This document shows, one piece after another, positions 17,201 through 23,751 of a stretch of DNA of 64,000 nt; the first letter of the stretch is position 1, and every line of letters begins with the position of its first letter. The stretch comes from a virus. The stretch is from positions 1 to 64,000 of the IMG/VR virus record IMGVR_UViG_3300046710_000150; one strand, given 5' to 3'. The position numbers and the translations under genes were made by a program. The notes beneath the pieces are model-generated. The model saw nothing but the letters and a program-made list of their open reading frames with translations, was not told the DNA's origin and did no database searches.

Positions 17201-19053
17201 CCCGGGGCAGAGTGGTCCTGATAGTGGTTGATCGTGTCCTGAATGGCGTGGTAGAGCCCCTCAGGACGTGGGGCGTAGTGAGGTCCGCCGCCGGGGAGGC
17301 GGCTGATCTCGACCGCGCCACCACGAGCACGGAAGCGTACGCCGGGGCGGTCGGGAATGAACTGGTTCTCACCGAATGCTGGGGCAGGCTGGGGGACATG
17401 GGCACGGGCAGGTGAGGGGTTCCACTCCGAGGTGGCAGTCCACGGACCATTCTCCCCGTAGGAGACACGGCGCATCTGCTCCTGTGGATCGTTGCGGCGC
17501 TGCGCCCGAGTTCGAGCCCTCGGCGGAAGGGGCTGGCCGAACAGGGGGGCGGGCTGGGGGACGTGAGCAGGCTGCGACGGGTACAGGGCAGCGGTGGAGG
17601 CCGAGGAGCGGATCGGGGGGACATTACCCGGCCCGTTCCACGGCGTGGCGTCTGGGGCAACCGAGGGGGGGTTGAGGGCTCGACGAGCCGCCGCCATGCG
17701 CTCGAACTCCAACGTACTCCGGTCGTCAGCCTCTTCGCGGGCAGCCGTGGAGAGCACATGTGCGTCAACGGGACGATCCCCGAAGATCTTCCCGAACGGC
17801 CGATCCGGCTGAGCCCAGAACGCCTTACCGCGTGTGAGTTGGACCTTCGAGGGGGCGACGGGACGCCCAGTGAACCGCTCCGTCTTGACGTAGGCTGCAG
17901 TCGCCAGACCCTTCCTGCGGTGCTCGACACCCGTGATCGAGTAGTCAGGGTGGAAGCTCCCTGCGGGAGTGGGGACGCCCCACTGCTCGGGGTCCGAGCG
18001 GTAACTGAAGGGGAAGGTCGCCGCGACCTTGTCGCCCTTCTTGACTACGGCAATGAGCCCGGCCACGTAGTCCTTGGACAGGATGGGGGGCTTCTTGACG
18101 GCCTTGAACAACCGGTTGCTTGGTTCGTTCAGGCCACCACCGAAGTTGCGGATATCGAAGTCGTTGCTCTGGGGGCTGTAGAACTCGATGTGGTAGCCCC
18201 GGGGGAGTCCACCCTTGTGGGCTGGACCGCCGTGAGCGAGATGGGGCAGGCGCTGGGGAGCCTGCTGATCGTGGCGGTCAATAGCCATGTCGAGATGGAG
18301 CAGAGCGGCGTCACGCACGCGCCTGAGGGCGCGACTCGGCGAGAAGCTCTGCAGGTTCCGCTCGTGCTGGCGCTGCTGCTGGTACTCGAGAGCGGCCAGC
18401 TCTGCCTCGCGCTTGCGGAACTGGGCCTGCTTCCGGTAGAACTCCTCGGCGTTGGCGTGGATCGTCCCCGAGGCACGCGGGGTGAAGACCTCTGCACGCC
18501 TCTCCCCCACTAGAACGGCCTGTCCCTGCTGTACAGGGCCACCGTGGGCCCGAGTGGGCATGTTGTTGCGAACGGCCGTCTCAACGGCTCTGGCGGCCCC
18601 TGAGCGCGTTCCAATGGCCGGGGTCGAAACGGCAGAGACGACCTTCTTGGCCTCGTTGGTGGCATTGCTAACGGCCCCCTGAAGAGCCGAACCGATGGAC
18701 TTGGAGAGATCCGCAGATCCCCCCGTACTGCTCGTGGTCAACGTGATCGGGATGGAGCCGATGCCCTTGATGATGGCGGCACGGAGAGTGGCGAGACTCT
18801 CCGCGTTCACCGTCAAGGGGACATTGACAGCGGCCATCTGCGAGGTCGACGGACCAGTGCCGGTGACGGCCCTGCCACCACCGGCCACCTGAGCCCCACC
18901 CGCAGCCCGCATCTGGGACGCGCCGGAGGCAGCTTTCTGGGCCGAGGTGGACATGGCGTTATTGGCCGCCGTGACCGCCTCGGCCTTTCCGATGTAACCA
19001 GCAGCGTCCAGCGTGAGCCTGACGCCAATGGTCTCGACTTCCGTGTTCGACAT
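11266..19053 (-). CDS. tape measure protein, 2595 aa, with embedded globular domains
   Basis: Directly downstream of the G/GT chaperones. The N-terminal 160 aa and C-terminal ~950 aa are Ala/Gly/Gln-rich and helical, as in TMPs. GGxV...VGE..E..P motifs at aa 171-192, 1547-1564 and 2504-2533. Confidence 0.9.
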   Translation of the reverse strand: MSNTEVETIGVRLTLDAAGYIGKAEAVTAANNAMSTSAQKAASGASQMRAAGGAQVAGGGRAVTGTGPSTSQMAAVNVPLTVNAESLATLRAAIIKGIGSIPITLTTSSTGGSADLSKSIGSALQGAVSNATNEAKKVVSAVSTPAIGTRSGAARAVETAVRNNMPTRAHGGPVQQGQAVLVGERRAEVFTPRASGTIHANAEEFYRKQAQFRKREAELAALEYQQQRQHERNLQSFSPSRALRRVRDAALLHLDMAIDRHDQQAPQRLPHLAHGGPAHKGGLPRGYHIEFYSPQSNDFDIRNFGGGLNEPSNRLFKAVKKPPILSKDYVAGLIAVVKKGDKVAATFPFSYRSDPEQWGVPTPAGSFHPDYSITGVEHRRKGLATAAYVKTERFTGRPVAPSKVQLTRGKAFWAQPDRPFGKIFGDRPVDAHVLSTAAREEADDRSTLEFERMAAARRALNPPSVAPDATPWNGPGNVPPIRSSASTAALYPSQPAHVPQPAPLFGQPLPPRARTRAQRRNDPQEQMRRVSYGENGPWTATSEWNPSPARAHVPQPAPAFGENQFIPDRPGVRFRARGGAVEISRLPGGGPHYAPRPEGLYHAIQDTINHYQDHSAPGGYVGVAPVGKGYAVQLHAPSGEIESWRILRNIKKAGFGAMAYRATMGNEGGTFPLSGGPQPPKGYAVGIATGTSHLVEDPSNFRDFLKQFNAQKKSQLAAGSFPPYVGTWLHEGQIHIDPAAVLGRKREADMVARAKEQLAFFDLKRFDEIPTSSHKLRANAERIQQLIMAGRKRESGGMVENVRLSTLLPLLREDRETYPRTGQGATDLGELTGDIAARGIQKPIALRYDPSHHAAMVDDGNHRLAVARRLGLETVPAYAISSGPQSKRHYKLVGLSGSPVDAPRGALLAPSSIGLRADGGWVVPSSTPKNPLRGLMRLPENARDLHANIRAHAETIKPEVVNEARDWWTIAHAQAVGDLMDPIIGGKTSWQSLGMDALSGLGAFAAASSGQEWRSNRAIVRHLLETGVPQTSGSSNVPGFGETSFSAGRGLGPIEDAWAFLMGREDSPTGPKRGAMFQNITGLDPNAITYDSRMSQIITAARRHTGPNSKTFWKAPAGSDMIRKLGIGAMEDLYPEYAKRWDLHNLSEFQAILWSGLDTNVNAAHKGAGLGTDWLRTQRGISIPRHPGLEIPFHRAAGGPALGGMTPPLNQIAKPGFVSSMFQTAADWANDPFMAIMAWQQQAAQHKARGGYVPNRDWERRRERLRQYRAGVFNPKRIERVGPPRLNEDFVGAPLPFTGGTLVGDRRWNETMGSLNDPRRWTRALAGNYMRGVYGTNWTKGGHAEGGPVLGPLQRRILGLPEPPKVEMPKPVEPFEPEWLKRARTSKLPPKIYREGGGPVSHLFTVADQLGLHMRPSAHLARMAADFDAFISVENLTRGMPQRGVVDAKYMHHLLALGARQGDQLRLRATGTDAEAAVRAIGGLIESPGLTRIASANRSLERVDPQRMRAAEIFAKFTGREGGGPVMSPWVRRALENNLPAKELSPGGKGLYIVGEIGRELFVPKPLTPLIPKKVMDQIPKAQGGMQVIGQKPNSLFAPPEDGIIVPNRLMDQVPHAARGTRTERMRAAAQEAMARADVWGEPGPIPFLEATPPPPRRRAAAYSALPEVEAIERVEREKIIAATVKKARSGRAQYMPSRENMGEELAVMRAGAGKVMPSRTPAGAVAAIGSFLFGGVQQMTKAERERVEAANAYTSAFNRTNRTVGEGRAAQVALRKDLDEGRIHQADYSKALRGVVEPIREAKRVEAQRLDVLKEATAKAMPTTGGVLKNLGVIIGATTAYGMAMQLASTVITDAAIPALGKVVDQFTGWKSAFTATTTALGQATYEAHGNTQATLAQAGVTAGLSKDMLAFVSDALSASVNAKAGARAQQETSNLFRATMGAQNQQAPQGLFGGYGGFLGSSLFAEQMGGGKGFQEIVAGDVNTASQPGGGGGPSEAISNATKYLTSDSFRTFVDSQNGGKSLIPRAPIVADLMDWISPPPPNPGAFKTPTPEAMGNLTKYLDDLNAAGSRAQDNLGKTTKVTYEYTNSLDEVAKASFIANQANDQSGIDLAQKSHVIVKINGELAKSAKEYTDAISQVSFGKTIIEAGVWAQMNLRQLNAQKQARVAQQQLTMALEIPYATTKNLLQQPLVAPGLGFFPGATTGKPSAAAAGMTGPAAGMAQQALASSAGSNVRLGAIAGQGMVQALNQVGQFNPASLPNFAMLAIQSQMSAARIADLTTKMGKLNQESSQFNWDNQIRIATRTLGDALGMLGKAGGTALGKMEGAMHRLDIQGTQLGLQLQQRGITTALAQAQFQAPGQTGEERFFAQKEAIAKAGIQQEQLNISTQQFNLSKQIWIENANRSATDAQKAITSMQLARNAEGYTIAAQEAIAKEGQIMATKVAGMDAILGTATGNWGDVLSAATQGVGQFAGTLKDGTDALRKILGYSPIVAGNGGRNDGGKATGYLATASRPTDITFGEAGTETVAVLRNPRAGSLAATGGASGPVTVNINGPVVRNEQDIAELARCVAIEVEKSLARKGQMFGLRGAAV
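14593..14862 (-). other. HPr-like (PTS phosphocarrier fold) domain inside TMP, aa ~1398-1487
   Basis: HLFTVADQLGLHMRPSAHLARMAADFDAFISVENLTRGMPQRGVVDAKYMHHLLALGARQGDQLRLRATGTDAEAAVRAIGGLIES aligns along its whole length with HPr (G-[IL]-H-x-R-P-[AS] active-site loop, DA.V, [NA]-K-S-type loop, G.DE..A). Confidence 0.75.
16399..16656 (-). other. ParB/Srx-like N-terminal domain inside TMP, aa ~800-885
   Basis: IQKPIALRYDPSHHAAMVDDGNHRLAVARRLGLETVPAY matches the ParB-like nuclease domain core (hydrophobic-DG-x-HR...A...G...VP). Confidence 0.65.
17779..18201 (-). other. GNAT-like acetyltransferase fold segment inside TMP, aa ~285-425
   Basis: ITGVEHRRKGLATAAYVKTERFTG...TRGKAFWAQ resembles GNAT motif A (R-x-x-G-x-[GA]) and the following helix/strand. 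Weaker than the HPr and ParB calls. Confidence 0.4.
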
Positions 19054-19070
19054 GATCGCCTCGCCGCGAT

Positions 19071-19651
19071 CTACACCGACTCCCCCTTGAGAGTCTCAGC
19101 GTTGAAATCTATGACGTCGTCGGCCGTGGGCAATCGTTCGCCTTCGGTGCCGATGCTGTTTGCCTTCACCCAGTCCTCGCGCAAGGCGAGGTAGTAGTGA
19201 AAAGGGAGCTGCGCTACCTCGTGAGGCCACTTCCCGTATCGCAGGGCGATGCGGAAGATGAGGTCACGAGTGGTCAGGCGTTTCCCTTGGGGGTCTCCTC
19301 ATCCACGTCGGGCTCGGCGCTCATGGGCTTCTTGGACTCCGGCTCGTCACCGTAGTGCATGCGGTTGACGGTCGTGTTGAGCTTCAAGGCCGCCCGCATC
19401 GGGAAGCTCGCCAGAGTCTCGGGCGTGATCTTGGGGTCGAAGGAGCACTTCAGGACCATCATCTTGAGGAGCACGGCGTTGTCGATGGTCTCGACATCCT
19501 CTCCCGTGATCGGGTTCGTGACCTTCTTGGTGGCCTTGGTCACCAGATCGTCGTAGTCCCCGATGGAGAGTTCCCGCAGGTGGTACGTGATGCCCCGGAT
19601 GTTGACCTCCTCCTCGAGGAAGTCAGGCGTCAGCGGCTGGTTCTTTGGCAT
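19071..19651 (-). CDS. tail assembly chaperone GT fusion (via -1 frameshift)
   Basis: After a slip at GGGAAAC the -1 frame reads GKRLTTRDLIFRIALRYGKWPHEVAQLPFHYYLALREDWVKANSIGTEGERLPTADDVIDFNAETLKGESV and stops at TAG 19071-19073. That frame has no start codon of its own. Confidence 0.75.
19274..19651 (-). CDS. tail assembly chaperone G
   Basis: ATG at 19651 with AGGAG upstream. 125 aa, acidic C-terminus, located just upstream of the TMP. Confidence 0.8.
   Translation of the reverse strand: MPKNQPLTPDFLEEEVNIRGITYHLRELSIGDYDDLVTKATKKVTNPITGEDVETIDNAVLLKMMVLKCSFDPKITPETLASFPMRAALKLNTTVNRMHYGDEPESKKPMSAEPDVDEETPKGNA
19280..19286 (-). other. -1 programmed frameshift slippery heptamer G_GGA_AAC
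   Basis: Minus-strand read ...CCC AAG GGA AAC GCC TGA. A canonical X_XXY_YYZ site four nt before the G stop codon. Confidence 0.75.
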
Positions 19652-20033
19652 TGTGGAAACTCCTGAGGTATGTGATGGCCTTGGCGAGGATCGCCTCCGA
19701 GTCATGGGCATGGCCCAGTAGGAGGTTGCAAGACGGGCAAAGCAAGCCCCGTGGCTCATCTGTGCGGTGATCGTGGTCGATGTGCGTCCCCTTGCGTGAC
19801 GGGTCCAGCACATTCCCACAGATGGCGCATCTGCCAGCCTGACCAACGAGTTGGTCCCTGTACCAATCAGCGGTGACGCCGTGCTGTCGCAGGCGGTGAG
19901 CAGCAACACGCGCCTTCTTCTGGACCAGAGTCATGCCGTGGTACTTGGCTCTGGCCTTGGCTTGAAGCTCTTCGAGGTGGTTCGCGTACCACCGGGCGTA
20001 GTTCCCGTGCTGGGCTTCAGCCGTTCTTGTCAT
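19623..20033 (-). CDS. HNH endonuclease (endonuclease VII type)
   Basis: GRCAICGNVLDPSRKGTHIDHDHRTDEPRGLLCPSCNLLLGHAHDSEAILAKAITYL carries the C-x2-C...DHDH...G.LC..CN signature. Confidence 0.85.
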   Translation of the reverse strand: MTRTAEAQHGNYARWYANHLEELQAKARAKYHGMTLVQKKARVAAHRLRQHGVTADWYRDQLVGQAGRCAICGNVLDPSRKGTHIDHDHRTDEPRGLLCPSCNLLLGHAHDSEAILAKAITYLRSFHNAKEPAADA

Positions 20034-20364
20034 TGTTGTGGATCGTCACTTTCTCTATCAGTAGGCTCCGGCCTTCACGTACCGTTCGCGAGTCTTCGGC
20101 CAACTCGAGCCTGTACTGTCGGTAGGGGTTCAGGTTCAAGAGCACGACCTTGTCGTACTCCGGGTCATTCCAGAGCGCATCACTCAGAAATGAGAAGACG
20201 GCGTGGAGATCGTAGAGGCCCGCATCCGGGTCTTGATCGCCACGCCGCTGGAGAGTCCACGACTGGAGTTCCCCTACCTTCGCACCGAGGAAGGGGATTT
20301 CTACGGTTCCGGCGGGCTTGAAGATCCCTGACCGGATGGTCTTGAACAGATATCCCATCGCCAT
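20017..20364 (-). CDS. hypothetical protein (between tail tube and chaperones)
   Basis: 115-aa ORF, ATG at 20364. No motif recognised. Confidence 0.6.
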   Translation of the reverse strand: MAMGYLFKTIRSGIFKPAGTVEIPFLGAKVGELQSWTLQRRGDQDPDAGLYDLHAVFSFLSDALWNDPEYDKVVLLNLNPYRQYRLELAEDSRTVREGRSLLIEKVTIHNNDKNG

Positions 20365-20375
20365 CCCTTTGTCGT

Positions 20376-20423
20376 GCTGGAGGCGGCAGAAGCCGGGAGG
20401 GGCTTTATTCCACCACCTCCAGC
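20376..20423 (-). terminator. stem-loop downstream of tail-tube gene
   Basis: GCTGGAGGCGG (20376-86) pairs with CCACCTCCAGC (20413-23): 11 bp including one G-U pair, with a 26-nt loop. No clear U-tract. Confidence 0.35.
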
Positions 20424-20444
20424 GCGGATGTTACGAGATTAGGC

Positions 20445-20870
20445 TTAGAGCGATCCGGCCGTGAAGACGGTCCACGCTCCGGCAGCCTTGAAGTTGCCGG
20501 TGGTCTTGATCGCGTCCGAGATGGACGCGGTGATCGCGGCGTCGATCAGGCTCGGGCCGTAGCCGATGAGCAGCTCGGAACCGGCGCGGTCATCCGCGTA
20601 CAGATAGACGTCGATGCTGTCGCTCGTCGCGGCGTTGACCTGATAGTCACCGCTCACGTCGAGGAGACCGGCAAACGTGCCGGAGACGTCCCGAAGACCC
20701 ACGAGGTAGGTCTTGTTCGTGTCGCCGAACACCGTCGCGTCGACATAGTCGCGGTTCAGGTTCAGCGTCCACTCGGTCTTGGTCGTGACCTTCTTGCCGG
20801 TGCCCTTGGGGCCCCAGAGATAGATAGCACCGTTTTTGCCGTGAAGCTTGGTGCCTGCTCCTACTGCCAT
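20445..20870 (-). CDS. major tail (tube) protein, paralog 2
   Basis: 141 aa. KLHGKNGAIYL...TEWTLNLNRDYVDATVFGD.NKTY..GLRDVSGTFAGLLDVSGD...TGNFKAAGAWT is collinear with the 20891..21268 product. Confidence 0.75.
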   Translation of the reverse strand: MAVGAGTKLHGKNGAIYLWGPKGTGKKVTTKTEWTLNLNRDYVDATVFGDTNKTYLVGLRDVSGTFAGLLDVSGDYQVNAATSDSIDVYLYADDRAGSELLIGYGPSLIDAAITASISDAIKTTGNFKAAGAWTVFTAGSL

Positions 20871-20890
20871 GGAGAAGTCCTTTCAGGGGA

Positions 20891-21268
20891 CTAACCGATG
20901 GTCCACGCCCCGGCAGCCTTGAAGTTGCCCGAGCAACGAACCGCGTCGGAGACGCTGGCCGTCACGGATGCGTCCACGTAAGCTGGGCCTGAGGCGACGG
21001 CGGGTTCTCCCTCCCTCGCATACACGGCGATGGTCACTGCTGACCCCGTGTTGCTCTGGACGAGGGCGTCCCCGTCGACGTCCAACAGTCCCGCGAAGGT
21101 CCCGCTGATGTCCATAAGCCCCGCCGCGTACACCTTGTTCCTGTCACGGAACGTGGAGACGTCGGCGTAGTCACGAGCCATCGAGAGAGACCACTCGGTC
21201 TTGTTGGTGACCTTGACCCCGTTGATGTAGATCGCAGCGTTCTTGCCATGCAGTTTCCGCCCAGCCAT
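20891..21268 (-). CDS. major tail (tube) protein, paralog 1
   Basis: ATG at 21268 shares one nt with the upstream stop. MAGRKLHGKNAAIYINGVKVTNKTEWSLSMARDYADVSTFRDRNKVYAAGLMDISGTFAGLLDVDGD...SGNFKAAGAWTIG. Confidence 0.75.
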   Translation of the reverse strand: MAGRKLHGKNAAIYINGVKVTNKTEWSLSMARDYADVSTFRDRNKVYAAGLMDISGTFAGLLDVDGDALVQSNTGSAVTIAVYAREGEPAVASGPAYVDASVTASVSDAVRCSGNFKAAGAWTIG

Positions 21269-21699
21269 CAGGGAGTCCCCAGACGCTGGTCGGTCCAGAT
21301 CGAGTACGTGCCCCCGACCTGATAGATGCGCTTCCCCTCGGAGTCGACGTCTGGCCCCGTTGGCAGATCGGCGACCCGGCGGCAAAGCAGGCTGGTCTGC
21401 CCATCCACACTCAGCACAGCCTCGTTGAGTGCTTCGCAGATGAGCGCGTCAAGGTTATTGGCCTCGACGGGGTTCACCGCATAGGTGGAGATGTCCATCA
21501 GCGCCTTGATCAGCACCCCGGTCCAGTCGTATTCGTACGACGAGGCCACGATCTGGTAGACGCTGAACGGGTACTTCACCTTGCGGGGAGCGATCCCTTC
21601 ATGAATACCGCCTGCGATGGCGGACATGTAGGACGGCGAAGCACGAAGCTTCTGCACGACCGCTCTCTTGACAGGGGCGACGGTGGACGTTGCCGCCAT
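21268..21699 (-). CDS. tail terminator-like protein
   Basis: 143 aa. Position between the gp10-like gene and the tube genes. The N-terminal pattern VKRAVVQKLRASPS...GGIHEGIAP...YPFSVYQ resembles DUF3168-type tail-completion proteins. Confidence 0.5.
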   Translation of the reverse strand: MAATSTVAPVKRAVVQKLRASPSYMSAIAGGIHEGIAPRKVKYPFSVYQIVASSYEYDWTGVLIKALMDISTYAVNPVEANNLDALICEALNEAVLSVDGQTSLLCRRVADLPTGPDVDSEGKRIYQVGGTYSIWTDQRLGTP

Positions 21700-21712
21700 C
21701 AGTCACTCCCTT

Positions 21713-22417
21713 TCACAGCCGCACCACGATCTCGATACTGACGTTCGTGACCCCGTGCGGCAGGGCTCCTCGAACGCCTTCCGCCACCAAGGCGGCTACC
21801 TGACTGCGGCTCTCCTCGGCGGCTGGGCGAAGGAAGGGGTGGGCAGCGTTGTGGCGCGTGCCGTACTCCTGAAACCTGCCGTAGCTCGTCGGGGAGATGA
21901 CCCATATCTCGGCGTGATCGCCGGAGATGCTTGGATCCGTGGCGTAGATCTCGCCACGGAGTCTTCCACCAACCTTGAGGTGCTCCCATGTGGCGAAGTT
22001 GGCTCGCCCGCTGCGAACCTCGTACGCCCCGCGTCTCGAGAGCATCGTCTTCTGAGGAACGAAGCCCGCCTTGCGGCGCTTCATCTCTGTGTCGTACTGG
22101 CTCAGGAGCTTGTTGGCCGCAGCCAGACGACGCTCCCTCCAGTGGACCGGGACCTTCCCTACGGTGGGCGGCTTGCCCGCCCGGGCCATCGCTCCTCGGG
22201 CGTCCCTGAGGGCTTCGACCGTACCGGCCGTCTTGGTGCGGACCCCCTGCCCGCCGGAGAACACGCTGCGAACCGGGGCTCTGGCCTTGGCTCGCTGGAC
22301 CACCACCTGAGAACCCAGCCCGAGGCCCTGAATGGCTCCCTCGTAGGCTCCCTGCAGGATCGCCCCGAAGTCGATCAATCCCGCTTCCTCAGGCTGCACG
22401 TCAGGAACGGCAGCCAC
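21713..22417 (-). CDS. HK97 gp10-like head-tail joining protein
   Basis: C-terminal ...FQEYGTRHNAAHPFLRPAAEE is the gp10-family signature. The start is uncertain: TTG at 22378 would give a TTGA overlap with the upstream stop. Confidence 0.6.
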   Translation of the reverse strand: MAAVPDVQPEEAGLIDFGAILQGAYEGAIQGLGLGSQVVVQRAKARAPVRSVFSGGQGVRTKTAGTVEALRDARGAMARAGKPPTVGKVPVHWRERRLAAANKLLSQYDTEMKRRKAGFVPQKTMLSRRGAYEVRSGRANFATWEHLKVGGRLRGEIYATDPSISGDHAEIWVISPTSYGRFQEYGTRHNAAHPFLRPAAEESRSQVAALVAEGVRGALPHGVTNVSIEIVVRL

Positions 22418-22776
22418 GTGCTCTCGGCGGTGGTGTCGCTGACGGTGTACTCGTCGGTCTTCACGTGGACGTGATCACCCGGGAGGACGTCCGTCCCCAC
22501 CGGCACGTACAGGCGGTAGGTGTTGACCGTGACGATGGCTCCCGAGTCGACCTCCTGAAGGGGAGTCGGGGTCGAGAAGAACCAACCCTTGACGGTGAGT
22601 CTGCGGCTCTCGCTGGTGACCGGGTAGGCGAGGAAGTCGTCCCCGTAATCGCCACCCACCGGGGGTGTCGCCTCAGTCCGCCGCTCGATGGTGATCGTCG
22701 TGGTCATCCCCAGCAGGGGGATGTCGCGGATCCGCTCCATCTGCTTGTCGGTGAAGAACCGGTCCTGCCGAGGCAT
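22375..22776 (-). CDS. head closure / head-tail joining protein
   Basis: ATG at 22776 shares one nt with the upstream stop. 133 aa. Synteny after the adaptor. The ORF-track 454-aa version has a shadow N-terminal extension. Confidence 0.55.
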   Translation of the reverse strand: MPRQDRFFTDKQMERIRDIPLLGMTTTITIERRTEATPPVGGDYGDDFLAYPVTSESRRLTVKGWFFSTPTPLQEVDSGAIVTVNTYRLYVPVGTDVLPGDHVHVKTDEYTVSDTTAESTWLPFLTCSLRKRD

Positions 22777-23687
22777 CAGCGCACCGTGATGTTGTCGTCG
22801 CGGAACGAGGAGAGAAGGATGGCCGCCTCGGGGACGAGGGAGTCGAGCTGCTGGATCAGGGACGAGATGGGGCGCGGGTCGCGCCGCGTCATGGAGATCT
22901 CGGCCACCTTCACGCTCGTGAGGTGGGCCATGCCCCGGGAGTGCAGCTCCGCCTGCCCGTGGAGGTAGGCGACGATGTGGGCAGCTCCGTACTGGATGTC
23001 GGGCGGCAGCTTGTAGTGGTACGAGGCCGTCACGTTGTCGCTGGCGGCGAGCTGCGTGTCGAAGACCACTGTGCCCTCGTTCGAGTCGACGGTGTACCCG
23101 GTCGTGATGACCGTGCCGTTCTTCTTGACCACGGGGGCTCGATCCGTGTCGCTGTACCAGAACTGGTTCTGGGCCCTCCACGTCTGGCCGTCCGTGGCGA
23201 CGAGGGTCTCGTCGACCTCTTGGAGGTCCCAGCCGTAGGTGTAGTTGGTGGCGGCCACCGGGGTGGCGAGTCCCACGTTGGGGATGATGAGAGCGTTGAA
23301 GAGACCGGTCGAGGTGAGCGCCAGAGAGACGACCTCGAAGTAGCGGTCGGTGTTGTTGATCATCAGCTCCGTCGGGCGGATCTCGACGAACTGGGTGTTC
23401 GTGACGTAGATGCGGAACGACTCGACCGAGATGATCGGCCAGTGGAACGGATAGAAGCGCCGCTGCCCGATCTCGAAGGGGGTCACCGGGTAGCGCCAGA
23501 CGTGACGCTCGTTGGTGATGACGCCGCCTCGGAAGTCGTGGGGCTGCGGGATGCGGGGGACGTTGCAGTACCCGTTGACCACAGTCGTGGCCTGAGCGAT
23601 CAGGGCCATCAGTTCGGCGGGGTCGAGTTCGGAGACGTCGATCCCCAGACCCATCTCCATGAACCGCTGCGGGGTCAGGTACTGCAT
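22776..23687 (-). CDS. head-tail connector/adaptor-like protein with extra domain
   Basis: 303 aa, first gene after the capsid gene. The N-terminus LTPQRFMEMGLG...LMALIAQATTVVNGYC resembles gp6-type connectors. Confidence 0.5.
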   Translation of the reverse strand: MQYLTPQRFMEMGLGIDVSELDPAELMALIAQATTVVNGYCNVPRIPQPHDFRGGVITNERHVWRYPVTPFEIGQRRFYPFHWPIISVESFRIYVTNTQFVEIRPTELMINNTDRYFEVVSLALTSTGLFNALIIPNVGLATPVAATNYTYGWDLQEVDETLVATDGQTWRAQNQFWYSDTDRAPVVKKNGTVITTGYTVDSNEGTVVFDTQLAASDNVTASYHYKLPPDIQYGAAHIVAYLHGQAELHSRGMAHLTSVKVAEISMTRRDPRPISSLIQQLDSLVPEAAILLSSFRDDNITVR

Positions 23688-23704
23688 CGTTCCTCCGAGG
23701 AGTG

Positions 23705-23737
23705 GAGAGGGCCGGGGTGGTAGACCTCGGCCCCCTC
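23705..23737 (-). terminator. stem-loop downstream of capsid gene
   Basis: GAGAGGGCCG and CGGCCCCCTC form a 10-bp stem with one mismatch and a 13-nt loop. No U-tract. Confidence 0.3.
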
Positions 23738-23751
23738 AAGCACCAACGAGA

